Shown in pieces: positions 1 through 8,463 of a DNA stretch of 64,000 bases. Source of the stretch: Acidimicrobiia bacterium (GTDB lineage Bacteria; Actinomycetota; Acidimicrobiia; Spongiisociales; ZC4RG35); assembly GCA_965215185.1 (NCBI GenBank), contig OZ244034.1, forward strand, positions 1,888,001 through 1,952,000, in the 5' to 3' direction. Position 1 is the first letter of the stretch, and each line of letters opens with the position of its first letter. The translations under genes and the position numbers were made by a program. The notes beneath the pieces were generated by a model, which saw only the letters and a program-made list of their open reading frames with translations, did not search any database and was not told where the DNA came from.

Positions 1-2
1 TT

Positions 3-824
3 GGGGAGACCCCCGGGGATCTGCTGGTCGGCGCCCAGTACCTGGACAGCGGAACCGACACGAAACTCGCCGAGATCAACAACTACCTCAGCGCTCAGCG
101 AGACCTGGACCGCCATCGGGCCGAAATCGAGGAACTGGGCGCCGAGCTGGCGCACTTGGAGGACCAACGGCAGGACTGGATGCGGCGTCTGTCGGTGGCT
201 GCCCGCGATCAGCACGCCGCCTGGGATGACCTGGACGAACAATGCCAGCAACTGGTCAGACAATGGGAGGCCCAGGAGGCCCGCCGCCGCGCAGAAGAGG
301 CCCGACAGCTCGCAGAAGAGGCCCGCCAGCGCAGGGCGGCCCTGGCCGCGGCGACCCGGCGGCGTGAACAGAATCGCATCCAAGCCATAGCCCGCGCCGC
401 CCAACAGGGCCAGGGCGTGGGGCCCATCTCCGGGCTGGTCTGTCCCTTCCCGGGATCATCGTTCGTGGATTCCTGGGGCGCTCCCCGCTCGGGAGGCAGA
501 ACCCACCGGGGCGTTGACATGTTCGGTCCTCAAAACGCTCGCCTGCTTGCGGTGGCAGGCGGAACCATCACCATCGTCAACGGAGGGCTGGGAGGCAGGG
601 GTATCTGGCTTCATTCGGACAACGGAGTCGACTACTACTACGCTCACCTGAGCGGTTGGGCGGTTAACCAAGGTGACCGTGTGACGGCCGGCCAGGTGGT
701 GGGATACAACGGCGCCAGCGGGAATGCCTATGGGGGACTGCCCCATCTGCACCTGCAACTTCATCCCAACGGGCGGACATCATCCGCATACAACCCATAC
801 CCCACCATCCGAGCGGCTTGTTGA
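3..824 (+). CDS. M23 family metallopeptidase with N-terminal coiled coil (5'-partial)
   Basis: Frame is open from the window start. Coiled-coil region (EARRRAEEARQLAEEAR) followed by M23 motifs HRGVD, YYYAHL and HLH. Confidence 0.9.
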   Translation, partial: GETPGDLLVGAQYLDSGTDTKLAEINNYLSAQRDLDRHRAEIEELGAELAHLEDQRQDWMRRLSVAARDQHAAWDDLDEQCQQLVRQWEAQEARRRAEEARQLAEEARQRRAALAAATRRREQNRIQAIARAAQQGQGVGPISGLVCPFPGSSFVDSWGAPRSGGRTHRGVDMFGPQNARLLAVAGGTITIVNGGLGGRGIWLHSDNGVDYYYAHLSGWAVNQGDRVTAGQVVGYNGASGNAYGGLPHLHLQLHPNGRTSSAYNPYPTIRAAC

Positions 825-828
825 CCTG

Positions 829-1743
829 ATGCGTTCACACCAGGACTGGGACACCACCGCCTTTAACCTGCCCACCGTCGCCCCTCATCTCGGTCCCTTT
901 CCCGGGCGCGACTTTCTGCGGACGCTCACCGACCAGCGCTTCGGGGCCCCCACCCGGGTGGAGTTGGCGGAGACCGACGATGGGCTGCTGGCCTTGGAGT
1001 GGGAGGAACAGACGGTGCGCATGGCGGGTCGAGCCTCTTTGACCGACTATCACAGCCCGCGAGGCGCCTCGGTACCGGCGTTGGTGGCGCAGTGGTGGGA
1101 AAGCCAAGAAAAAGGCACGCATCTGGTTTGGGATTCTCTTCCCCATGCGGCCGCCCGAGCCGTGGAGGCGGGACTGAACCGGGCGGGGGCCAGTGCGGTC
1201 ACCGAGCAGACCGAGGTGGCGGCAGTATTGCATCTGCCCCCCACCTTCACAGAGTATTTGCAGATGGTGACCAAGAAGGAGCGGCACGAGATCCGTCGCA
1301 AAGCCAGACGCTACGACAAGGGTCTGGGAGAGGCGACGCTTCGCACTCGACATGGGCCCGGCTGGGAATTCGAAGAATTCGTTCGACTTCATAAACTGGC
1401 TAGCGGGCCCAAAGGACAGTTCATGGATGAGGAAACGACGCCGCTGTTCCGACAGTTAGTCGATCTTTCCGGTTGGAGGGTCGATGTGTTGGACACCGGG
1501 GACGGGCAAGCCGCCGCCTGTGTGTTCGGCTATTCCGACGAAGACTGCTATTACCTGTACAACTCCTCCTTCGACCCGTCCCACTCCGCCCTCTCTCCCG
1601 GGGTGGTCTTGCTGACTTCTTTAATCGAAAGGGTGATCGGGGAGGGTCTAACCCGTTTCGATTTCCTGAAGGGAGACGAGACCTACAAACGTCGTCTCGG
1701 AGCCGTTTATCGCCCCCTCTACACGGTTACCAGTCGAAAATGA
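829..1743 (+). CDS. GNAT family N-acetyltransferase (CelD/BcsL-like)
   Basis: Motifs KKERHEIRRK, YLYNSSFDP..LSPGVVL and FDFLKGDETYKRRLG. ATG lies 4 nt after the M23 stop. Confidence 0.8.
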   Translation: MRSHQDWDTTAFNLPTVAPHLGPFPGRDFLRTLTDQRFGAPTRVELAETDDGLLALEWEEQTVRMAGRASLTDYHSPRGASVPALVAQWWESQEKGTHLVWDSLPHAAARAVEAGLNRAGASAVTEQTEVAAVLHLPPTFTEYLQMVTKKERHEIRRKARRYDKGLGEATLRTRHGPGWEFEEFVRLHKLASGPKGQFMDEETTPLFRQLVDLSGWRVDVLDTGDGQAAACVFGYSDEDCYYLYNSSFDPSHSALSPGVVLLTSLIERVIGEGLTRFDFLKGDETYKRRLGAVYRPLYTVTSRK

Positions 1744-2960
1744 TCGCCCGGGTTGCCTTCGTCTCCATGCACACCTCCCCCCTTTTGGACCCGGGGGAAG
1801 GCGATGCGGGTGGGATGAACGTCTATCTTCATGAACTGGCGGCCACGATGGCCGCCCAAAGGGTACAGGTCCAGGTTTTCACCCGCAAGGACCATCCCGA
1901 ACTGGCCGAGACAGTGCAGGTCGCCCCGGGCTATCAGGTCCACCACTTGGAAGCCGGACCTCTGCGCCCACTGCCCATCGAAGCCCAGGTCCCGCATCTG
2001 GGGGAGTTCAGCAAGGCGTTGGTGGAGCGACTGGAAGCCGCGGCGGTCCCCCCCGATTTGGTTCACAGTCACTACTGGCTCTCGGGGTGGGCGGCCCTGG
2101 AAGCCAAGGAGCGATTGGGCATCCCGATGGCCAACTCTTTTCACACCCTGGGCAGGGTGAAGGACATTACCCGACGGGCGGATCAATCCCCCTCCGACCC
2201 GGTGCGGATCGCCGCCGAACAGACCCTGATCGCCAGCGCCAACTGTGTGGTGGCCTCCACCCCTTACGAGGCGGACGACCTTATGGATCACTACGGGGCC
2301 GATCCCACCAAGCTGTGCGTCTCCCCGCCAGGAGTGAACCGGACTTATTTCCAGCCCGGAGACCGGTCCGAGGCCCGGTCGAGACTGGGTTTGGGAGAGG
2401 AGCCCCTGGCATTGTTCGTAGGAAGGATCCAGGCCCTGAAAGGACCGGACGTGGCGGTGGCCTCGGTGGCGATGGCCCGCGATAGCCTGGAGAATCTCCG
2501 TCTGTTGATAGTGGGGGGACCGAGCGGACCCGACGGAGAGCGGGAAATGCAGGCCCTGCGCCGGGCCGCTTCTGACCTCGGACCCGACGCCGTCCTTTTC
2601 CACCCTCCGGTCGGACATAGCCGTCTCGCCGACTACTACCAGGCGGCGGATGTGCTGCTGGCCCCGTCCCGCAGCGAGTCCTTCGGACTGGTGGCCGCGG
2701 AAGCCCAAGCCTGCGGACTGCCGGTGGTGGCCGCTCGGAGGGGAGGGCTGCGGTACGTCGTGGAGGACGGAGGCTCGGGACTGCTGGTGGATGGCTGGGA
2801 CCCGCAAGGGTACGCGGCGGCCATCTGCAAGGTGATCGGGGACAACCAACTGCGCGCCTCGATGTCCGGGCGGGCGGTGGAATGGGCGCGCCAGTACTCC
2901 TGGCAGGCCACCTGCGACCGGCTTTTGGAGTTGTACCGAAGCGTGCTCTTCCACAGATGA
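1740..2960 (+). CDS. mshA: D-inositol-3-phosphate glycosyltransferase (mycothiol biosynthesis)
   Basis: SMHTSPL..PG.GDAGGMNVY, HSHYWLSG and SESFGLVAAEAQACGLPVV motifs. ATGA overlap with the upstream gene; followed by a YbjN-like gene as is usual for mshA. Confidence 0.9.
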   Translation: MIARVAFVSMHTSPLLDPGEGDAGGMNVYLHELAATMAAQRVQVQVFTRKDHPELAETVQVAPGYQVHHLEAGPLRPLPIEAQVPHLGEFSKALVERLEAAAVPPDLVHSHYWLSGWAALEAKERLGIPMANSFHTLGRVKDITRRADQSPSDPVRIAAEQTLIASANCVVASTPYEADDLMDHYGADPTKLCVSPPGVNRTYFQPGDRSEARSRLGLGEEPLALFVGRIQALKGPDVAVASVAMARDSLENLRLLIVGGPSGPDGEREMQALRRAASDLGPDAVLFHPPVGHSRLADYYQAADVLLAPSRSESFGLVAAEAQACGLPVVAARRGGLRYVVEDGGSGLLVDGWDPQGYAAAICKVIGDNQLRASMSGRAVEWARQYSWQATCDRLLELYRSVLFHR

Positions 2961-3376
2961 GCCTTCTCGCCACCATCTTGGTTGAGGCCATCTCCTCGTG
3001 GGTGGATGATCCCGAAAGCGATGTCGAGTACTCCGAAAAGGTGGATGATCGCTGGGCGGTACGGATGCGACAGAGCGTCCGCTCGGCCACCACCGTCTGG
3101 TGGACCGTGGGCGACCGAAGCGTCATCGCCGAAGCGTATGTTCTCCCGGCCCCGCCCGCCAACCAGGTCAATGTGTACCGGCTGTGCCTGTTGCGCAACC
3201 ACCGCATGTGGCGATGCCATTTCGCGCTCGACCGGGAGGGAGCGTTGGTGTTGACCGGCCGGCTGGCTGCCGCCGAGGTGAACCCCCACTCATTGGATCT
3301 GCTGTTGGGCGAAATGTACGAGGCCGTGGAACTCAGCTTCCGGCCGCTGGCGATGATGGCCTTTCGCAAAAACTGA
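2957..3376 (+). CDS. YbjN domain-containing protein
   Basis: ATGA overlap with mshA. EAYVLPAP..N...YR..L.RN and LDLLLGE.YE motifs; typical mshA neighbour. Confidence 0.75.
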   Translation: MSLLATILVEAISSWVDDPESDVEYSEKVDDRWAVRMRQSVRSATTVWWTVGDRSVIAEAYVLPAPPANQVNVYRLCLLRNHRMWRCHFALDREGALVLTGRLAAAEVNPHSLDLLLGEMYEAVELSFRPLAMMAFRKN

Positions 3377-3611
3377 CCAAATCTGAGAACCGGGGATAAT
3401 CCACAATCGCGAAAAGAACCCCCGAAAGGCTTGATTAGACCCACCCAGCCGGTCCATCCTGTAAGCGGCCGGGCGGAAACCGGGCGTTTCGTCGAGCGTC
3501 ACCTATAGGGAAGGCGGGATGACACCTAAAATCGCTCGCCCGCTCGGCCGCCAACGCCCCGATCGTGATCGTGATCGTGGGAGGCTTCAACAAGGATTGG
3601 GAAGTTAGACT

Positions 3612-4310
3612 TTGACGCATAAGGCTGAAAAGGAGCAACAACACATAGACCTTGAAGCCATGCAGCGGGAGATGTACCTGCTCCCCGAAGCAGCCCGCCT
3701 GCTTCGCATAAATACCACCACCCTGAAAAGATGGCTGGAAGGAGACGAGCGGCTCCCGCCCGTGATTCGTCCCCAAGCCACAGGATCCGACGCGGTGACC
3801 TGGGGAGAGTTTGTGGAAGCAGGTTTTCTGCGGGAATATCGTAGGTCCTTGAGCCTCCAGAGGATACGTCCCGCTATTGCGAAACTACGGGAAAAATTTG
3901 ATGTGCCTTATCCCTTGGCGCATTACAAGCCCTTTATCGGACCAGGGCGCCATTTGACACTGGAGGCGCAACAGGAGGCACAAGTACCCCCAGATCTGTT
4001 CATCGTCTGGGAGATAGCAACAGGACAGTTGGCGCTCGCTGATTCAGCCTTGGGCTACATCGAGAAAGTCGACTTTGCTGCAGAAGGCAGGCGTTGGGCA
4101 GAGCGTATTCATCCAGCGGGACGGGAATCCCCGGTAGTTATCGATCCCGATTACTCGTTCGGAGCGCCAACCATCCGGGGCATCAAGACCTACATCATCA
4201 CCGAACTCGTGGAAGCGGGTGAATCTCTGGAATTCGTAGCAGAGGGCTACTCGCTTTCGGTGGCTGAAATAGAAGCCGCGGTCGCTTATGAAGGGAAAGC
4301 CGCTGCCTAA
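3612..4310 (+). CDS. DUF433-domain antitoxin (VapB45/Rv2018-like, N-terminal HTH)
   Basis: EAARLLRI..TTLKRW HTH, TWGEFVEAGFL, and C-terminal IDPDYSFGAPTIRG...AGESLE.VAEGY DUF433 region. Confidence 0.8.
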   Translation: MTHKAEKEQQHIDLEAMQREMYLLPEAARLLRINTTTLKRWLEGDERLPPVIRPQATGSDAVTWGEFVEAGFLREYRRSLSLQRIRPAIAKLREKFDVPYPLAHYKPFIGPGRHLTLEAQQEAQVPPDLFIVWEIATGQLALADSALGYIEKVDFAAEGRRWAERIHPAGRESPVVIDPDYSFGAPTIRGIKTYIITELVEAGESLEFVAEGYSLSVAEIEAAVAYEGKAAA

Positions 4311-4752
4311 GAGAAAGCCGTCCACGGTCCGCTTCTATATGGATGCTGACGTACTCGGTCTCGCCAAGGTCATTTCCAAAATCCGGCCTGATGTCACGTA
4401 CCCGGGCGATCCGGGCGGGGAGATCAGAAAGCGGGTACGACCACCCTGCCCGATCACCGATACTGAAACCACGGACCTCATATGGATCCCACAAGTCGCC
4501 CAGCGAGACTGGACCATCATCACCCGAGACCGGAATATTTCACGAAAACCAGCGGAGCGCGATACCGTGATCGCTTACAACGCTAAGCTTTTTGTCTTTA
4601 TTAAGCCCATCAATAAGAACTTTGATCTGTGGTCTCAACTGGAAGTCCTGATGACTCGATGGCGCGACATCGAACGACTCGGCGAAGAATCCGGGCCATT
4701 TATCTATAACGTCCATCGCACCACCGTCAATAGGGTCTGGCCAGCGGTTTAG
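4288..4752 (+). CDS. PIN-like toxin (VapC45-like)
   Basis: RFYMDADV, D..WIP.VA.RDW.IITRD.NI...PAE motifs; overlaps the antitoxin 3' end. Confidence 0.75.
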   Translation: MKGKPLPKRKPSTVRFYMDADVLGLAKVISKIRPDVTYPGDPGGEIRKRVRPPCPITDTETTDLIWIPQVAQRDWTIITRDRNISRKPAERDTVIAYNAKLFVFIKPINKNFDLWSQLEVLMTRWRDIERLGEESGPFIYNVHRTTVNRVWPAV

Positions 4753-4810
4753 GTTATATCTTCGGGTCTCTATTTCTGTCCGGAGGTGGAATGGGCAGTC
4801 AGTACTCCTT

Positions 4811-4896
4811 ATCCCTGAATCCCTGGACCTGCTGGTGGGAGAGATCTACGAGGAGGTGAAGCTCAGCTTAAGGCCCTGACGATGATGGCCTTCCCC
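4811..4896 (+). repeat. Degenerate copy of the ybjN 3' end (3281-3367)
   Basis: Encodes ESLDLLVGEIYEEVKLSLRP/TMMAF versus HSLDLLLGEMYEAVELSFRPLAMMAF in ybjN; one 1-nt deletion. Confidence 0.85.
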
Positions 4897-4989
4897 GATT
4901 CGCGGATAGAGCGCCCCGAATGAGCTTGAACACCCCGTCCAACCGCTGACATCCCGTCATAATCCTTCATCCTCGGCAGAGGCACTTCA

Positions 4990-5240
4990 ACATAAACTCG
5001 GAGGCTAAAGGATGACAGGGAGTAACCCCCATGGATGAGGTAACCGGTAGCGGGGAGGAGACAGCTGTCACTAAGAACGGTCGCCCGGTTTGGCTGGCGC
5101 CTTGCCGCAGAAAACCGGACTCTTTCTTGGGCCGCGACCGGGACAATATTGGCATTCTGGGCGACACCATCAAGCCAGTGAATACGGAATGGGAGGCCGA
5201 GACCAACCCAGGCAGGGTGCTGAATCCTTGATCTTGCTGA
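4990..5240 (+). pseudogene. Decayed Phd/YefM antitoxin plus the first codons of a lost VapC toxin
   Basis: MDEV..SGEE..VTKNGRPV.L.P...LGD.I.P...EWEA is Phd-like, with a disrupted N-terminus. An overlapping TTGA begins MILL, resembling the MILLDTH start of VapC, then similarity ends. Confidence 0.6.
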
Positions 5241-5340
5241 ATCTGGGTAGAGGCGGAGGACAGACCAGGCTTCACCTTTGGGTCGCCCGGGTTCTAGCCT
5301 GTGGAGTCTGCGGCCTTTATCCTGTTGATCAGCCAGACCC

Positions 5341-6183
5341 ATGAGCCTTCCCATCAACTTTCTCTCCGATTTTGGAACCGACGACGAATTCGTTGGCGTA
5401 GTTCACGGCGTTTTAGCCCGGATTGCTCCCCAGTCGCGGGTGATCGACATCAACCATGGGATCGCGGCGGGGAGCGTACGGGCCGGCGCCCTTTCCCTGC
5501 TCCGCGCCGTTCAATACCTTCCCGCCGGAGTGACCCTGGCGGTGGTCGATCCCGGAGTGGGGACCGACCGCCGGGCCTTGGCCGTGGAAACCCTTGAGAT
5601 GACTTTCGTCGGACCTGACAACGGCCTCCTCTCACCCGCGGTGGCCATGATGGGAGGAGCCCTTCAGATGGTCTCGATTGAAAACCCCGACTATCGCCTG
5701 CCGGGCGCCGGCAACACCTTCTGGGGACGGGATGTCTTTGCTCCCGCCGCCGGGTCGTTGGCGGCGGGAGAAGCGCGCCTGGCTGACCTTGGCCCTTCGC
5801 TCGGACCCCATGAAGTCACTCCCCTGCTACTGCCTCTGTCGGAAATAACCGCCGGCCGGGTGAGCGGTGAAGCCTGGTGGGTGGACACCTACGGCAACGT
5901 CCAAACCAACATCTCCCCAGACGACCTGCAGGTCGCCGGCCTGGAGACCTGCTCGGAGCTTGCGGTGCGATTGGGCGCCTCCGTCCACCACATTCGGATG
6001 GCAGAGACCTACGCCCAGGTGGGCAGGGGCGAGATGCTGATCCATGTCGACTCGGCGGGGATGCTGGCCTTGGCGATGAGAGGAGGGCGGGCCTGTGACC
6101 GGCTGAGCCTCACCGAGGGGAGGTCAGTGGTCATGGAGAGAACATCAGTCCCCACAGTTGCACCACCGCCGCCACCACGATGA
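5341..6183 (+). CDS. SAM hydroxide adenosyltransferase / chlorinase-fluorinase family (DUF62)
   Basis: FLSDFG..D.FVG, VVDPGVGTDRR, GPDNGLL, TFWGRD and D.YGN..TNI motifs. Confidence 0.85.
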   Translation: MSLPINFLSDFGTDDEFVGVVHGVLARIAPQSRVIDINHGIAAGSVRAGALSLLRAVQYLPAGVTLAVVDPGVGTDRRALAVETLEMTFVGPDNGLLSPAVAMMGGALQMVSIENPDYRLPGAGNTFWGRDVFAPAAGSLAAGEARLADLGPSLGPHEVTPLLLPLSEITAGRVSGEAWWVDTYGNVQTNISPDDLQVAGLETCSELAVRLGASVHHIRMAETYAQVGRGEMLIHVDSAGMLALAMRGGRACDRLSLTEGRSVVMERTSVPTVAPPPPPR

Positions 6184-6226
6184 TCAAGGCCAGGGCCACT
6201 ATCACTATCGCGGTGCCGGGTCGCAC
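6131..6226 (-). CDS. Putative 31-aa single-TM small protein
   Basis: GTG start preceded by GGAAG; MRPGTAIVIVALALIIVVAAVVQLWGLMFSP is a clean hydrophobic helix. Overlaps only the low-complexity tail of the DUF62 gene. Confidence 0.45.
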   Translation of the reverse strand: MRPGTAIVIVALALIIVVAAVVQLWGLMFSP

Positions 6227-6271
6227 TATGTCACTTCCAAGAACGGGGACGGGAATTACCCAGGATATCCG

Positions 6272-6583
6272 ATGGCAGAGACGGCGGTGAGAAGCCGACG
6301 TCGCTACCTGGTGTTGTACACCCGCCCGCAGTGCCACCTGTGCGCGGTGGCGGAGCCTCGGGTGCGACGGGCCGCGATTCTGATAGGTATGGCGGTGCAA
6401 ACAGTGAACATCGATGACCAGCCTGATCTGGCGGTCGACTACGGACTTAGGATCCCGGTGGTTGAGGGTTCAAACGGGGAGGTGTTGGCCGAGGGGCAGT
6501 TCAGCACTTGGCGGCTGTGGTCGGCGATCCTGCGAAGAAGGTGGGGTCCCAGATCCCGGCAGGCGGGTCCCGAGGCGGGTTGA
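6272..6583 (+). CDS. Glutaredoxin-like protein (DUF836)
   Basis: LYTRPQCHLC, V.ID..P.L...YG.RIPVV motifs. Confidence 0.8.
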   Translation: MAETAVRSRRRYLVLYTRPQCHLCAVAEPRVRRAAILIGMAVQTVNIDDQPDLAVDYGLRIPVVEGSNGEVLAEGQFSTWRLWSAILRRRWGPRSRQAGPEAG

Positions 6584-6602
6584 CCCGCCTCCAATGATCA
6601 GC

Positions 6603-7640
6603 CTATTCCGCCTCGGTCTCTGCGGTTTCGGCCTGGTCGGGCTCCCCGGTCCCCTCTTGCCCTCCTCCTTCACCTGGCGGCTCTTCGCCGACGATCAAGC
6701 CGCACTCCTGCAGAGTCTCATCGGGGTCGGCCCCTCCGAAGCGGATCCGCTCGAAGGCCACCACCGAGGCTATTTCCTCTGCGGTGTTGCTGGTGCCGAA
6801 GGCGGACATGAAGCCGCCTCCACCCACAGGTTTGGCCAGATCGCCATAGGTATCGATTCCCGCGTCCAGAAAACCCCCGGTGGCCAGAGTCACCCACTCT
6901 ATGTGGTCCGAGCAACTGGAGAATGTGGATAGCACGGTGGCGAGCGCCGGCCCCACTCCCCCTTCGCCGTTGGCCCCATGACATCCCGCACAGGTCTCGA
7001 AAATCGCTTCCCCCACCACCAGAAATTCACCCGCCGGGTCTTCCGCCCGACCGGTGAATTCGCTGCCGTCGCAGTTGACCACCGTGGCATTGAGCCGATC
7101 GACCGCCAACTCCACACCTCCATCAACACAACCCGCCCGCGCCGAGTTCCCCGCCAGATACAGCAAACCGATAGTAGGTATCACCAGGAATAGGGCGGCG
7201 AGCCAACGAGGCAGACTGGATGAGGTTCTCTCGGTCAGGTGAGCGGTCGGCACCGACACCACCACCGGGAAAGAAACCGCTTCTTTGAGGGTGACCTCCG
7301 ACGGCGTCGGCGGTGGGGCGGCCACGATGGGGACGGAGGGAACAGGGGCAGCGGTGGGGATCGCCGGGGTAGGCGCCGTGGGAATCGCAACAGGCGGGGG
7401 GGTGGCAGGCGGGGTAGGCGCCATCGCCGCAGTTGCGGTGGGGGCGGCCGCAGTTGGCGCGGCGGGGGTGGGCGCAGAGGCCGGAGCGGAGGCTGCTGGA
7501 GCAGATCCGCCACCTGCCCAAGCCGCCAGAATCTCCTCGACGGGGACCCCGCTTGCGGCCGACCGCGCTTCGGCCGAGCGCTGGACTAAAACCTCCGGGG
7601 CGCCCATGGCTTCAGCCGCTCTGGCCAGATTTTCACTCAT
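6603..7640 (-). CDS. Membrane-anchored monoheme cytochrome c with N-terminal RSAEA module and Ala/Pro linker
   Basis: CAGCH, GEGGVGPAL and distal MSAFG; one TM helix; third gene of a ccoNO-like operon. Confidence 0.85.
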   Translation of the reverse strand: MSENLARAAEAMGAPEVLVQRSAEARSAASGVPVEEILAAWAGGGSAPAASAPASAPTPAAPTAAAPTATAAMAPTPPATPPPVAIPTAPTPAIPTAAPVPSVPIVAAPPPTPSEVTLKEAVSFPVVVSVPTAHLTERTSSSLPRWLAALFLVIPTIGLLYLAGNSARAGCVDGGVELAVDRLNATVVNCDGSEFTGRAEDPAGEFLVVGEAIFETCAGCHGANGEGGVGPALATVLSTFSSCSDHIEWVTLATGGFLDAGIDTYGDLAKPVGGGGFMSAFGTSNTAEEIASVVAFERIRFGGADPDETLQECGLIVGEEPPGEGGGQEGTGEPDQAETAETEAE

Positions 7641-8463
7641 CGGATCCGCCGTCGGTCAAGACTCGGGACTCCACCAGGTAAGCCACCAAAGAATCCATCG
7701 AACTGCCCCCGTAGGACAAATGCCCACCCTCACCCGAGAGCACCGCTTGGATGTCGTCGGGCGCCATCCGGTTCCCTACATTGGCCAAGTCCGGGCCATA
7801 ACGCTGCCGCCCGATCACTTGGTTGGAGTCGGACAGCGTCACCCCGCCCTGTCCCGCCAAGGCGGCCAATTGGGCGTCGGCAATTATGGGGCGGACCATT
7901 TGGGTATGGCAGGCCGCACACCCCTCCGCCAGATACTCGCCCTGACCCTGCAGAGCCATCTCACTATAGGGGATCTCGGAGTGGAGCACTCCCCTACCCA
8001 AACCCGAGATCGTGGGGACCACCAAGGTGATGGCCAGGCACAGGACCAACAGGGCGGCTGCGCCGAAGAAATACCGCAAAGGCCGATCCACCCGACCCGT
8101 CAAGATCGGGGGCGGTCCCTCGACCGTCGGGGCATAGACCACTACCGGTCTCTGAGGAGGAGAGGATACCGTAGCCGCGACGGCGGCAGGAGCGGCTGCC
8201 GGGGCCTCAGAGGGTGCGGGAGTGGCAGCAGGTACGGGCGCAGGGCGTGCAACGGCAGGCTCGAGTTCGGCGCGGGCAGGCGACGGTGCGGGGGCGGCGG
8301 CAGGCGGTGCTTCAGGGGCGGGTTCCGGTCCCTGTCCCGCCCAAGCTCTCAGGATTTCTTCGACAGAGACGCCACTGGCGCTGGCCCGGGCTTCTGCGGA
8401 GCGTTGCACCAACTCGGTGGGAGCTCCCACGACCTGCGCGGCGGCCTCCAACAGCTCGCTCAT
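7633..8463 (-). CDS. CcoO/FixO-like monoheme cytochrome c (cbb3 subunit II homolog)
   Basis: EGCAACHTQMVRP and G.QRYGPDLANVG match the CcoO pattern; N-terminal RSAEA module, linker and TM helix. Confidence 0.8.
   Translation of the reverse strand: MSELLEAAAQVVGAPTELVQRSAEARASASGVSVEEILRAWAGQGPEPAPEAPPAAAPAPSPARAELEPAVARPAPVPAATPAPSEAPAAAPAAVAATVSSPPQRPVVVYAPTVEGPPPILTGRVDRPLRYFFGAAALLVLCLAITLVVPTISGLGRGVLHSEIPYSEMALQGQGEYLAEGCAACHTQMVRPIIADAQLAALAGQGGVTLSDSNQVIGRQRYGPDLANVGNRMAPDDIQAVLSGEGGHLSYGGSSMDSLVAYLVESRVLTDGGSDE

Noticed and set aside
1719-2954. Long antisense ORFs (also 8530-9876, 11228-12496, 35579-36934, 45045-45992 and others)
   Set aside because: Shadow or alternate-frame ORFs of well-supported high-GC genes; no recognisable motifs.
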